DNA from: an uncultured Planctomycetota bacterium
Lineage (GTDB): Bacteria; Planctomycetota; Planctomycetia; Gemmatales; Gemmataceae
Direction of reading: 5' to 3'
Length of the DNA stretch: 64,000 nucleotides
Assembly: GCA_963849325.1 (NCBI GenBank)
Contig: CAWKHF010000005.1
Location: forward strand, 544,001-608,000
In this document: positions 10,223 to 21,184 of the stretch, piece after piece
How positions within the stretch are numbered: position 1 is the stretch's first letter
Layout: every line of letters starts with the position of its first letter
Program-made: the position numbers and the translations under genes
Notes under the pieces: generated by a model
Told to the model about the DNA's origin: nothing
Databases searched by the model: none
Seen by the model: the letters and a program-made list of their open reading frames with translations, nothing else

Positions 10223-11238
10223 TATTTCTCCGGCACGCCGACGACGAGCAGGCGTTTCGGCTCCTTGCCCGCCAGGACGCGGCCGATTACCTTCTTCGTC
10301 GCCGTATCGACCACGGCCACGGCGTTCGCTCCCCGCGCCGCCACGTAGCACGTCTTGCCATCAGGGCTGAACGTCAGCCAGTAGATGCGCGTGCCGATGG
10401 GAATAGTAGCGATCTGCTTCGGCGTCTCGCCGGTGATGTCGTAAACGTGTACGTCATAATGCTCGACGTCGCACTCCCACACTTCCTTCTGATCGGGCCG
10501 GATGCCCAGGCCGTGACTGCGACTGGCGACCTTGCCCTGTCCATCAGTCAGCTCGGCCGGCACGCGATGGACCATCTTGCGGCGAGCGACGTCGGCGACC
10601 TCGATGCCGACCAAGCCATCGACCTCGGCGAACAGACGCTTCTCGTCCGTCGTCAGGGCGACCGGCCGGACCACGTTGCTAAAGGGGATTTCGCCGAGGA
10701 TTTCGTGCGTGGTCGTGTCGGTAATCGTCACCTTCTTCGGCGAACCCATCGGCGCCAGGTACATGCGTTTGCCGTCGGGCGAGCAGAGCGTGTTGTGCGG
10801 CCGACCGCCGGTGAAGATGCGCTTGAGGATCTTACCGTTCTCCACGTCGATCACGTCCCAGTAGCCGTCGGCGCAGGGGACGTAGGCGGTCTTGCCGTCG
10901 GGCGTCACGGCCAACTGGTTCGGCGCGGGTCCGACGTCCATGCGGCGCGTGATACGGTCGGTTTGCGGATCGATCCACACCAGTTCGCCGGGCTTCTTGC
11001 CCTCGATGGTGACGAGGATGAAGTTCTGGGCGGCGGGCACGGCGATGCCGTGTGGATGCGGGCCGACCTCGATACGGCCAATCGGCTTGTTGTTGGCGAC
11101 GTCGATGACCGTCACGTCATCGCCGGCGCTGTTGGTGACGTAGAGCTTTTGACGGACCTTCGCATCGGCGGCAGCGGCGGGCGCGGCGCAGAGCAGACCG
11201 AGCAGGAAGGCGCACAGAGCAGCGGGACATGAGCACAT
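10222..11238 (-). CDS. Secreted YVTN/YncE beta-propeller protein
   Basis: Signal peptide; LYVTNSAGDDVTVID and repeated PDGK-AYV blades. Confidence 0.88.
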   Translation of the reverse strand: MCSCPAALCAFLLGLLCAAPAAAADAKVRQKLYVTNSAGDDVTVIDVANNKPIGRIEVGPHPHGIAVPAAQNFILVTIEGKKPGELVWIDPQTDRITRRMDVGPAPNQLAVTPDGKTAYVPCADGYWDVIDVENGKILKRIFTGGRPHNTLCSPDGKRMYLAPMGSPKKVTITDTTTHEILGEIPFSNVVRPVALTTDEKRLFAEVDGLVGIEVADVARRKMVHRVPAELTDGQGKVASRSHGLGIRPDQKEVWECDVEHYDVHVYDITGETPKQIATIPIGTRIYWLTFSPDGKTCYVAARGANAVAVVDTATKKVIGRVLAGKEPKRLLVVGVPEK

Positions 11239-11344
11239 CTCCTTGCGGATGTTGAGGCGGGATGGGCAGCTGGTTGCCAGCGTAACGACTCGAACTTCCG
11301 CAAGCAAGCGCGTGTCGTTAGACTGAGAAGGAAGGAGTAATCCT

Positions 11345-11554
11345 ATGAACACGACCGAGACCGCCGGCATCCCGCCCGATCTTGCCGCGGAGATCCAGGA
11401 AGCCCTGGAGGATCTGGCGAAGGACATCCGCCGTCCCGAGAAAATGCAGGCTGCTTGCGAGCGCATGGACCGCCTCCGCGAGGAAAATCGGCAGCTTTTC
11501 GGCGAGCAGGATCTCGCCGTCGAACTGGTTCGCCAAACCCGCGATGGGACATGA
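11345..11554 (+). CDS. Small acidic helical protein, probable antitoxin of a PIN-toxin pair
   Basis: AGGAG RBS; 69 aa; stop overlaps (ATGA) the start of an MKYIL stub. Confidence 0.6.
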   Translation: MNTTETAGIPPDLAAEIQEALEDLAKDIRRPEKMQAACERMDRLREENRQLFGEQDLAVELVRQTRDGT

Positions 11555-11568
11555 AATACATCCTCTAG
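11551..11568 (+). pseudogene. Remnant of a VapC/PIN toxin N-terminus (MKYIL*)
   Basis: ATGA-coupled to the upstream small gene; PIN toxins typically start M-K-Y-hydrophobic-L-D; ends in CTAG. Confidence 0.5.
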
Positions 11569-11612
11569 GCGCTTAACCGCGCCTTCACATCCGCGACGGA
11601 AGCAATCTTCAT
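11565..11612 (-). pseudogene. Remnant of a Phd/YefM antitoxin (MKIASVADVKARLSA*)
   Basis: Strong GGAGGTGGAGG RBS; S-V-A-D-V-K-A-x-L-S is a typical Phd/YefM N-terminus; stops at the same CTAG. Confidence 0.65.
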
Positions 11613-11671
11613 CCCTCCACCTCCTCTCCCCCGAGCAACAGACGGTTCCGGTAGCGCCAGCCGAGGAATGT

Positions 11672-12460
11672 TTAACTCAATTTCGGCCATGCCCCCCGCA
11701 CGCTCCCGAAGTGCCGTATTGGTTCGGCGGTATCGGGGCGCCCAGGAACAGGTGTCACCGGAGTGTTGTCACCGAGGAGGTACAGACAGCCAACTTCCTC
11801 CACCGGCAACTGCGGGAAAAGTCCCTCCGCCTGCGTGACGGCGGCGAGCCACTGTTCCTTCAACTCCTTGAGGTCCAAGGGCCGAGCCAGATGTTCACTT
11901 TCCAGGTCTTCTTGCCTATAGCGAACGTGGCATTTCGCCATGTCCAGCAAGGACCAAGGCGTGAACCCCTGATCTTTGCCGCAAGCCGCCCAGACGATGG
12001 CGCCCAAACTCAAGTAATGGGCATTGAGATAAAGGATGTCAAGAAAATCTCGGATCTCGGATCGACCGGCGAGCGCCAGCGCCTTGTTGGTGGCGAGGTC
12101 GGCCGGATGTAAGCAGTAGCCGAAGACCTCATCCGGCTGGACCGGGAAGAAACGAAAGGCCGAGTCGAAACACCAATCCAAGCGAAGCGTATCCGTCCCT
12201 TGGCTGACGCGGGCACGGAACAATCCCGGTTGGCGGAGCAACCATTCGACGGCGTAGCCCCGTGCCAGCAATTCGCCCACGTCGGCTTCAGCGCAGACGG
12301 CGACGCTTTCGGCGGCGTCGTGGAACACGTCGAGGTCGTTGGAATAGCGAAGGCTGCTCTCGGCGCGATTGATGGCCGTGCCGCCCGCGAGGTAACTTTC
12401 GGGGTTGCGATGGGCCGCTAGAACGCGAGCGGCTTCTTTTTGGAAGGCAGTTAACGGCAT
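11672..12460 (-). CDS. AbiEii/AbiGii-like nucleotidyltransferase toxin (type IV TA)
   Basis: YLAGGTAI, RYSNDLDVF and DLATNKALA..GR..IRDFLD motifs. Confidence 0.8.
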   Translation of the reverse strand: MPLTAFQKEAARVLAAHRNPESYLAGGTAINRAESSLRYSNDLDVFHDAAESVAVCAEADVGELLARGYAVEWLLRQPGLFRARVSQGTDTLRLDWCFDSAFRFFPVQPDEVFGYCLHPADLATNKALALAGRSEIRDFLDILYLNAHYLSLGAIVWAACGKDQGFTPWSLLDMAKCHVRYRQEDLESEHLARPLDLKELKEQWLAAVTQAEGLFPQLPVEEVGCLYLLGDNTPVTPVPGRPDTAEPIRHFGSVRGAWPKLS

Positions 12461-12735
12461 GAGTCGGACGATTCCCCCGGAGAGAGCAGCCGAGCCGCCG
12501 CCAAAAGCCCTCGCCTGCCGCCGTGGCTACGCAACCCCTTCACCACGAGCGGAATCGTGTCCTCGGTGATGAGCAGGTCCGGCCGACAGTGCCAAAAGCA
12601 CGACGAGTAAAATTCACGGAAAAGGCGATTCGCAAGTTCTAAGCGCGCTGCGCCACCGGAGTGGGGAGGTTCGACGGTAGAGGAGTCGTAGACATGGTCG
12701 CTCTCCCGGTTCCGGAGCAATATCCTCCCTGGCAC
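12451..12735 (-). CDS. Small partner protein (putative antitoxin) of the AbiEii-like gene; start uncertain
   Basis: Overlaps the toxin start; FREFYSSCFWH..DL...IPLVVKGLRSHGG resembles AbiEii-associated small proteins. Confidence 0.6.
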   Translation of the reverse strand: MPGRILLRNRESDHVYDSSTVEPPHSGGAARLELANRLFREFYSSCFWHCRPDLLITEDTIPLVVKGLRSHGGRRGLLAAARLLSPGESSDSCR

Positions 12736-12934
12736 TCTGGAATTTTATCCACTTCCCCGTCTGAGTCAAAGAAGGCGGGGATGATCGGCCGCGTCCGGCT
12801 TGCGGTTCGCTTCGACAGCGACTTCCGAGAGGGAACCTTGGCACCCTTGCCGAAGCGGGCGGTGTCGAGTGTAATCGCTATATCGTCCCAATACACGGCA
12901 TCCACCCCGCCGACGTACTGCGAGGCCACCCATC

Positions 12935-15900
12935 ATGCACCTGTCTTCCCGACCGGCTCGATTCCGACATTACCTCTCCCTCGTGACCCTGACCGCGTCC
13001 CTGCCCCTCTTGACCTTCCTGCTACTCCATACGCCGGTGCAGTGCGCCGGCGATGCCAAGCCGGCCGCGAAATTCGAGGTCCGTCGCGGCGACCACATCT
13101 GCATCATCGGCAACACGCTGGCCGACCGCATGCAGCACGACGGCTGGCTGGAGACGATGTTGCACAGCCGATTCCCCAAGCACGAGTTGGTCGTTCCGCA
13201 ACCTCGGCTTCTCCGGCGACGAGCTGACCCTCCGTCTGCGCTCGCAGAATTTCGGCACGCCCGATCAATGGCTCGCCGGTGTGCAGCCCATTCCGGAGCC
13301 GGAGAAGCTCGTCACGCGCAAGGGGCTGACCGACAACCGCCTGGAGCGAACGAACACGCGGGCCGATGTTGTCTTCGCCTTCTTCGGCTACAACGAATCG
13401 TTCGCCGGCGAGGCCGGGTTGGACAAGTTCAAAAAAGACCTCGAAAACTTCATCAAGCACACCCTGGCCCAGAAGTACAACGGCAAGAGCGCTCCGCGTC
13501 TGGTTCTCTTCTCGCCCATCGCTCACGAAAACCTGCATGATCGCAACCTGCCCGACGGCAGCGCGAACAACAAGCGCCTGGAGCTGTACACCAAGGCGAT
13601 GGGCGAAGTCTGCCGGGCGAATGGCGTCGTCTTCGTGGACCTGTTTCGCCCCACGCGCGAGTTGTACGGTCAATCGCCGGACAAGCCACTGACCATCAAC
13701 GGCGTCCACCTCAATTCGCGCGGCAACGAGGCAGTGGCCCGCATCATCGACCAGGCATTGTTCGCCGGACGGCCCGAAGCGCAGCGCGAGTCGAAGCAGC
13801 TGGAGAAGCTGCGTCAGGCCGTACTCGACAAGAATTTCTACTGGTTCAATCGCTATCGCGTGCTGGACGGCTTCAACGTCTACGGCGGACGGGCCTTCGA
13901 GAAGTACGCCGACAAGCAGTCCAACTACGAGGACCAGCAGCGCGAGATGGAAGTCCTCGACGTCATGACCAGCAACCGCGACAAGCGCATCTGGGCGGTG
14001 GCGCAGGGCGGGGATTTGCAAGTCGAGGACAGCAACACGCCGCCGTTCATCCCCGTGAAGACGAACAAGCCCGGCAGCGGACCCGGCGGCACGCACATTT
14101 ACCTCGACGGCGAAGAGGCCATCGGCCGCATGACCGTCGGCAAGGGCATGAAAGTGACCCTGTTCGCTTCCGAGAAGGAGTTTCCCGAACTGGCCAAGCC
14201 GGTGCAGATGCAGTTCGACGCCAAGGGCCGGCTGTGGGTGGCGGCCTGGCCGAGCTATCCGCACTGGAAGCCCAAGGAGGAGATGAACGACAAGATCCTC
14301 ATCTTCGAGGACACCGACGGCGACGGCAAGGCCGACAAGATGACCGTCTTCGCCGACCATCTGCACTGTCCGACCGGCTTCGAGTTTTACAACGGCGGCG
14401 TGCTCGTCGCTCAGGCGCCGGACCTGATGTTCCTCAAGGACACCGACGGCGACGGCAAGGCCGACCTGCGCGTCCGCGTGCTGAGCGGCCTGGACTCGGC
14501 CGACTCGCACCACACGGCCAACAGCTTCGCCCTCGATCCGGGCGGAGCGCTGTACTTCCAGGAAGGCACCTTCCATCACACGCAGGTGGAAACGCCCTAT
14601 GGGCCGCCGCAGCGCTGCATCAACGGCGGCGTCTTCCGCTACGAGCCGCGCGGCGCAGAAGTTCGACGTCTACGTCAGCTTCGGCTTCGCCAATCCGCAC
14701 GGCCACGTCTGGGACCACTGGGGCCAGGATTTCGTCTACGACGGCACCGGGGCCAACCCCTATCACGGAGCGCCTGTTCTCCGGCCATCTGGACTTCCCC
14801 GCACAAGCACGCCCGGCCGCCGCAGGTCTATCAGCAGCGCACTCGGCCCTGTCCCGGCGTCGAAATCCTCTCCAGCCGTCACTTCCCCCAGGCCAACCAG
14901 GGCAACCTGCTGGTCGCCAACGTCATCGGCTTCCAGGGCATTCTGCAGTACAAGGTCCAGGACAAGGGCGCCAGCTTCACCGCCACCGAGACGGACCCGA
15001 TTGTCTACTCCAGCGATCCGAATTTCCGGCCGTCGGACCTCAAGATCGGGCCGGACGGGGCCATCTGGTTCATCGACTGGCACAACACGATCATCGGCCA
15101 CTTGCAGCACGCCCTGCGCGACCCCAGCCGCGACCGCACGCACGGCCGCATCTATCGCGTCACCTATGAGGACCGCCCGCTCCTGAAGCCGGCCAAGATC
15201 GCCGGCGAACCGATCGAGAAACTGCTCGACGTGCTCAAGGAGCCGGAAGACCGCGTTCGCTACCGCGCCCGCATCGAGCTGGGCGGCCGCAACAGCAACG
15301 AGGTCATCGCCGCCGTCAAGAAGTGGGTCGCCACATCTCGATAAAAAAGACCCGCAATACGAGCACAATCTGCTCGAAGCGCTGTGGATGCACCAGTATC
15401 ACAACGTCGTGGACGTGGATCTGCTCAAGCGCCTGCTCCACTCGCCGGAGTTCCGCGCTCGCGCCGCGGCCACGCGCGTGCTCTGCTACTGGCGCGACCG
15501 GGTGCCCGACTCTCTGGAGCTGCTCAAGAAGCTTGCCGCCGACCCGGCGCCGCGCGTGCGCCTGGAAGCGGTTCGCGCCGCCAGCTTCTTCACCGTGCCC
15601 GAGGCCATCGAGGTGCCGCTGATCTCCGCCGACCAGCCGGCGGACGAGTATCTCGATTTCATTCGCGGCGAGACGATGAAGGCGCTCGACCCCATCGTCA
15701 GCAAGGCCATCAAGGCCGGCAAGGAGATCCACTTCACGACCACGGCCGGCGCGCGCTTCTTCCTCAAGAACGTCAGCACCGACGACCTGCTGCGCATGAA
15801 GCGGACGCCGGCGGTGTACGTGGAGCTGCTGTTCCGCAAGGGCGTCCGCGACGAGTACCGCCGCGAGGCGCTGGCGGGGCTGGCCAAGGGACAGAACAAG

Positions 15901-18059
15901 AGCGAGCTGCGCGTGCTGCTCGACGCCATCCGCAACCAGGACGACCAGGCCGACAGCCGGCGCTCCTCCACGGACACGGACGAAAGCGTCGTCTTCGATC
16001 TCGTGCGTCTGCTGACCAGCCGTCCCGCGGCCGAGCTGACCGAGGCCCGCGGCGAGCTGGAGAAGATGGCCGTCGAGGCCAAGCTGCCGGTGACGCGGCA
16101 GCTCGGCTTCGTGGCCCTCATCGCCGCCGACGGCAACGTCGACAAGGCGTGGACGTTGGCCCTGAAGTCCACCGCCGGCCTGCGCGATCTACTCCGTGCC
16201 ATGCCGCTGATCCGCGATCCGAGCCAGAAGGCCGCCCTCTATCCCAGGGTCGAGCCGCTGCTGGCCGGTCTGCCGAAGGAGCTGGCCTCCTCGTCGGGCG
16301 ACGGCAAGAGTACGCTCGGCCGCTACGTCCGCATCGAGCTGCCCGGCAGGAGGAAGACGCTGACGCTGGCCGAGGTGCAGGTCTTCAGCGACGGCCAGCA
16401 ACATCGCTCTGCGCGGCAAGGCCAGGCAGAAGAACACCGCCTACGGCGGCGAGGCCCGCAGGGCCATCGACGGCAACACCAAGCGGCAGCTACTGCGGCG
16501 GCGGCCAGACCCACACGCGAGGAGGACACGACCAACCCCTGGTGGGAGGTCGATCTCGGCGGCGAGTCGCCCATCGACTCGATCGTGGTCTGGAACCGCA
16601 CCGACGACGGACTCGGCAAGCGTCTGGACGGCTTCACGCTCAAGGTGCTGGACAAAAATCACAAGGTCGTTTTCGAGAAGAAGAAGCTGCCGGCGCCGAA
16701 GGAGAAGGTGTCCATCGAGGTCGGCGGCGAAGCGCCGGAGCGCGGCATCCGCCGGGCGGCCATGATCGCCCTGACGTCGGTGCGCGGCAAGGAGGCCGAG
16801 GCGTTCAAGGCCATCGCCAAGTACGTCCGCAACGACGCCGACCGTCACGCCGCCATCCAGGCCCTGCAGCGCATCCCCTCCGTGCATCGGCCGAAGGAGG
16901 AGGCCCGGCCGCTGCTGGACGTCCTGCTGCCATACATCCGCACCATTCCCGTGGCCGAGCGCACGTCGCCAGCGGCGCTGGACGCGCTGCAGCTGGCCGA
17001 CTCCCTGGCGTCGCTGCTGCCGCTGGCCGAGGCGAAGCAAGTGCGCCACGAGCTGGGCGAGCTGGGCGTGCGCGTCATCCGCATGGGCACCGTGCCGGAC
17101 CAGATGCTCTTCGACAAGGAGCGCATCGTCGTCAAGGCCGGCAAGCCGGTGGAGATCCTCTTCGAGAACAACGACCTGATGCCGCACAATTTCGTGGTGA
17201 CGCAGCCGGGATCGCTGGAAGAGATCGGCACGCTCGCCGAGGCCACGGCCACGCAGCCGGGCGCCCTGGAGCGCGGCTACGTCCCGTCCTCGAACAAGGT
17301 GCTGCTCAAGAGCCGGCTGCTCCAGCCGCGCAACTCGCAGAAGCTCGAGTTACACCGCTCCGTCGAAGCCGGGCGTCTATCCCTACGTCTGCACCTACCC
17401 CGGCCACTGGCGGCGCATGTACGGCGCCATGTACGTCGTCGAGGACCTCGACGAGTACCTCGCCGACCCGGAGGGCTACCTGGCCAAGCATCCGCTGCCG
17501 GTCGCCGACGAATTGCTGAAGTTCGTGCGGCCGCGCAAGGAGTGGAAGTTCGAGGAGCTGGCCGGCTCGGTTGAACAGCTCGAAAGACGGCCGCTCGTTC
17601 AGCAACGGCAAGCAGATCTTCCAGGCGGCGATCTGCGTCTCCTGTCACAAGATGAACGGCGTCGGCAACGAGATCGGCCCGGACCTGACGAAGATCGATC
17701 CCAAGCAGGACAAACCCATCGAGATCCTGCGCGACATCCTCGACCCGTCGTTCCGCATCAACGAGAAGTACCAGACGTTCACTTTCGAGCTGGAGTCGGG
17801 CAAGGTCGTCACCGGCCTGGTCGTGGCGGAGACGCCGGACGTGGTGAAGGTGATGGAGAACCCGCTGGCCAAGGCGGAGCCGGTGGTCATCAAGAAGTCG
17901 GACATCGCCGAGCGCAAGAAAGCGCCGACGTCGATCATGCCCAAGGGCCTGCTCGACAAGCTGACGCGCGAGGAGATCCTCGATCTGATCGCGTACATCG
18001 CTGCCAAGGGCGATGCCCGCAGCCCGCTGTTCCAGGGGGGACATGAACATGGACACTGA
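12935..18059 (+). CDS. Large PVC-type membrane-bound dehydrogenase-like protein: SGNH/GDSL + glucose/sorbosone DH propeller + HEAT repeats + discoidin-like + azurin/plastocyanin + cytochrome c (several frameshifts)
   Basis: IGNTLADR and NGVHLN; EDTDGDGKAD and FRPSDLKIGPDGA-W-IDW; NPWWEVDLG; HNFVV...YVCTYPGHW..M type-1 Cu site; CVSCH and IGPDLT. Confidence 0.88.
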
Positions 18060-18111
18060 CGTTGTGAGCCACGGAGCTTGAAAAGGTGGAGAGGTCATGG
18101 GAGGATAGCTT

Positions 18112-18171
18112 TGAGCGGGGGGCGTCAGCACCCTGAGAACTGCGGAACTCAGGGGGCTGACGCCCCGCTCA
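18112..18171. repeat. REP-like palindrome, family E (GAGCGGGGGGCGTCAG...CTGACGCCCCGCTC)
   Basis: Inverted repeat; related copy at 52345. Confidence 0.8.
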
Positions 18172-18226
18172 GGGATTTGGTCCGTCAGTTCTACTTATCT
18201 CTAGGCCACGAAGAGGGAGGAACGCG

Positions 18227-18385
18227 ATGAAGCATTTGAAGGAGATGATGCCAATCTTGATCGCGGAGTACAAGGAGCTTGCCGCTAGCTGCTACATCGA
18301 AGATGATTTCATCATCTTCCGTGGTCCGAAGAATGCTGTCGATGGAGAATATGAGATCGTCAAGACGCCTGAAAGAAGAGGTTAA
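18227..18385 (+). CDS. 52-aa hypothetical protein or gene fragment (below ORF-track cut-off)
   Basis: GAGGGAGG RBS, ATG at 18227, MKHLKEMMPILIAEYKELAASCYIEDDFIIFRGP...RRG*, lower GC. Confidence 0.45.
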   Translation: MKHLKEMMPILIAEYKELAASCYIEDDFIIFRGPKNAVDGEYEIVKTPERRG

Positions 18386-18536
18386 TTCAACAAAGAGTGC
18401 TCGATGAGATAACCGTGAACTCCCCCGCGCTTGCCATCAATTTCGCTGCGGATACGAAGGACTCCGTTGGAGGCGGCTTTGATCGGGAGAACGTCCTCAG
18501 TCGGGGCATATGTTCAGGCTAGTCGGAGGTCGAACA

Positions 18537-18839
18537 ATGGAAGTCGGAAGCTACTGTTTTCATCGGCGTGCCTTGGCGGCATTCCATCAACTGGCTGACG
18601 AGGAACAGGCGCAAGTACTGGAGGGCTTGGCCTCGCTCGTTGATGTTCCTGCCATCCAGTGGACTGCGGCACAGGCCAAGAGGTTGCCCGGCGATCAGTC
18701 GCTCTACCTCGTGCGGATCAACGACAGCCTGCGGATGATTGTTCGGGCCGTTGAGGGCCAGAAGCCCGAGGTGATGGACATGGTTCGACACGAGACACTG
18801 GAGTCTTTCACGAAAACCGCCGCCCAGACCGGCAGTTGA
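18537..18839 (+). CDS. RelE/ParE-like small protein
   Basis: GGAGGT RBS; FHRRALAAFHQL...AKRLPGDQSLYLVRINDSLRMIVR pattern of the RelE fold. Confidence 0.55.
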   Translation: MEVGSYCFHRRALAAFHQLADEEQAQVLEGLASLVDVPAIQWTAAQAKRLPGDQSLYLVRINDSLRMIVRAVEGQKPEVMDMVRHETLESFTKTAAQTGS

Positions 18840-18852
18840 ATACGGGTGAGCG

Positions 18853-19488
18853 ATGCCCGATTTTCAGCCGCACGTCCTCGATTGGACCGTCTGCCGGGTT
18901 CAGGTGCAGGAACTCAAAGCCCTGCTTGATGGATCGTCCGATATTGCGGAAGCAGTTCTTCACGCCTTCTTCGAGCCGAGAGCGCATCTCCGGGCCTTGA
19001 TCGGCTCCTACAACCCGTCGCTCGCTTCGCCGGACCTTCTCGCCTGGGAGTACCCGATTTTCGGTGACTTCCGCTGTGATTTCGCCATCGGTGACTCGGC
19101 GCGGAAGGTGTACACGTTCGTGGAGTACGAGGACGCCGGCCCGAACAGCCTCTTCGTCAAGCAAGGGGAGAAGGCCACCCGTGCCTGGTCGCCGCGGTTT
19201 GACAGGGGGTATGGTCAGATCATCGACTGGTTCTACAAGTTGCACGTCATGACCGACACACCGGACATGGAGTCTCGGCTTGGCAAGCGATCCATTCGAT
19301 ACACGGGTGTACTGATTATTGGCCGCGATCAGCACATGCTGCCCGGCGAACGGCTGCGGCTGGAATGGCGGCAAGAACACGTCGTCGTGAACTCCAAGCA
19401 CATCCTCTGCGTTACCTACGACCAACTCCTCGAAGATTTGTTGTTCCGTCTCGAACAGTACACCCTGGCAGCGAATGCGGGTGGATAA
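18853..19488 (+). CDS. sduA: Shedu-type (DUF4263/SduA) immune nuclease
   Basis: EYPIFGDFRCDF, FVEYEDA, GYGQIIDW, LIIGRD and VTYDQLL motifs. Confidence 0.8.
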   Translation: MPDFQPHVLDWTVCRVQVQELKALLDGSSDIAEAVLHAFFEPRAHLRALIGSYNPSLASPDLLAWEYPIFGDFRCDFAIGDSARKVYTFVEYEDAGPNSLFVKQGEKATRAWSPRFDRGYGQIIDWFYKLHVMTDTPDMESRLGKRSIRYTGVLIIGRDQHMLPGERLRLEWRQEHVVVNSKHILCVTYDQLLEDLLFRLEQYTLAANAGG

Positions 19489-19515
19489 ATCCGAGAAGGC
19501 AAAAGGTCGTCTTCC

Positions 19516-19710
19516 TCAATCGGCTGTCTCTCCCCAGGTCAATCCCGCCGCTGCCAGTTCCTCGGCGGTGTGCCGCTGAAAGTGCTGCAACACATAATCG
19601 CGGCCCCAATCCTCGTTCTCGATGGCTTCCAGCGGCGGCAGCGGATGACCGAAATGCTCCGCCACCAACCGATACGCCTCCTCGGTCGTCAACTCGTAAA
19701 TACTTCGCAT
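19516..19710 (-). CDS. Small acidic hypothetical protein
   Basis: 64-aa [24 protein letters not shown]... with plausible composition. Confidence 0.5.
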   Translation of the reverse strand: MRSIYELTTEEAYRLVAEHFGHPLPPLEAIENEDWGRDYVLQHFQRHTAEELAAAGLTWGETAD

Positions 19711-19807
19711 GGAATGGCTGTCCCTCAGGCGTCTTTTCGTCCAACCCACCTACAATAAACGCCCGTCAGCGTGTCCGCCAACGGCAGTCCTTCGAGGAGG
19801 GTCCGCC

Positions 19808-21113
19808 ATGAACGCATCGCCGCGTCTGCTGGTCCATCCGCGCGACGAGATCGTGCGGACGATGGAGCGCATCTACCGCTACCGCATGACGACCACCTCC
19901 GGCGGCAACCTGTCTGTCCGCGACGAGGACGGCGACGTGTGGATCACGCCGGCGCGGGTGGACAAGGGCAGCCTGCGCCGCGAGGACGTCGTCCGCGTCC
20001 GGGCCGACGGCGGCGTCGAGGGGCTGCACCGGCCGTCCTCGGAGCACCCCTTCCACCAGGGCGATCTACCAGGCGCGGCCCGACCTCCGCGCCGTCGTCC
20101 ACGCCCATCCGGTCGCCCTGGTGGCGTTCAGCATCTGCCGCCGCGTGCCGGACACGTCGCTGATGCCGCAGGCCGGACACGTCTGCGGCGCCGTCGGCTT
20201 CGCGCCGTACGCCCTGCCCGGCAGCGAGCAGCTCGGCCGCAACATCGCCGCCGTCTTCGGCCAGGGGTTCAACTGCGTGCTGCTGGAGAACCACGGCGTC
20301 GTCATCGGCGGGGCCAGCTTGGCCGAGGCGTTCCAGCGCTTCGAGACCCTGGAATTCACGGCCAAGACGATCATCAAGGCCAGCCTGCTCGGCCCGGTGC
20401 GCTACCTGACGCCGGAGCAGATCGCCCGGTCGCAGCCGCCGCGAGCCGCTGCCGGAGTTCGAGCCGGGACCGGCCGGCACGCACGAGAAGGAGCTGCGCC
20501 GAGCCGTCTGCGAATTCGTCCGTCGCGGCTACCGCCAGCGCCTGATGACCAGCACCGAGGGCAGCTTCTCCGCTCGCCTCGACGGCGACACCTTCCTCAT
20601 CACCTCCTACGGCATCGACCGGCAGGCACGTCGAGGTCGGATCAACTTGACGCTCGTCCACGACGGCCGCCGGGCCGTGGGCAACGCAGCCCAGCCGCGC
20701 CGTCCACATCCACCGGGCCATCTACCGCCGGCATCCCGAGGTCCACGCCATCGTCAACGCCATCCCGGTCAACGCCACGGCCTTCAGCGTCACCGCCACG
20801 CCGCTGGACAGCCGTACTATCCCCGAGAGTTACCTGCTGCTGCGCGACGTGGCCGCGGTGCCGTTCGGTTGGCAGTACGAGGACGGCGGACGCATCGCTG
20901 AGGCGGTCGTCGCCGGATCGGCCCATCGCCCTGCTCGAGAACGACGGCGTACTGGTCCTGGGCACGAGTCCGCTGGACGCCTTCGACCGGCTGGAAGTGC
21001 TGGAGTCCACGGCGGAGGCGATCATCAACAGCCGGGCCATCGGCGCGGTGCGGCGCATGGGCGACGACGTGATCGAGGAGCTGACCGAGGCGTTTTTGAG
21101 GAAGCAGGCATGA
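19808..21113 (+). CDS. Class II aldolase/adducin family, two tandem domains (several frameshifts)
   Basis: [22 protein letters not shown] and LLENHG; second domain STEGSFSAR and LLENDG. Confidence 0.88.
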
Positions 21114-21184
21114 GCTGGCTGCACGGGGCCTTGCTGTCGGCGCTGTTCGCCGGACGGATCGGAAGCCAGGCCGCTTTCAAATGA
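21110..21184 (+). pseudogene. Probable EamA/DMT transporter N-terminal remnant
   Basis: ATGA-coupled [15 protein letters not shown], typical of small EamA protein starts, stopping after 24 codons against the convergent gene. Confidence 0.4.
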
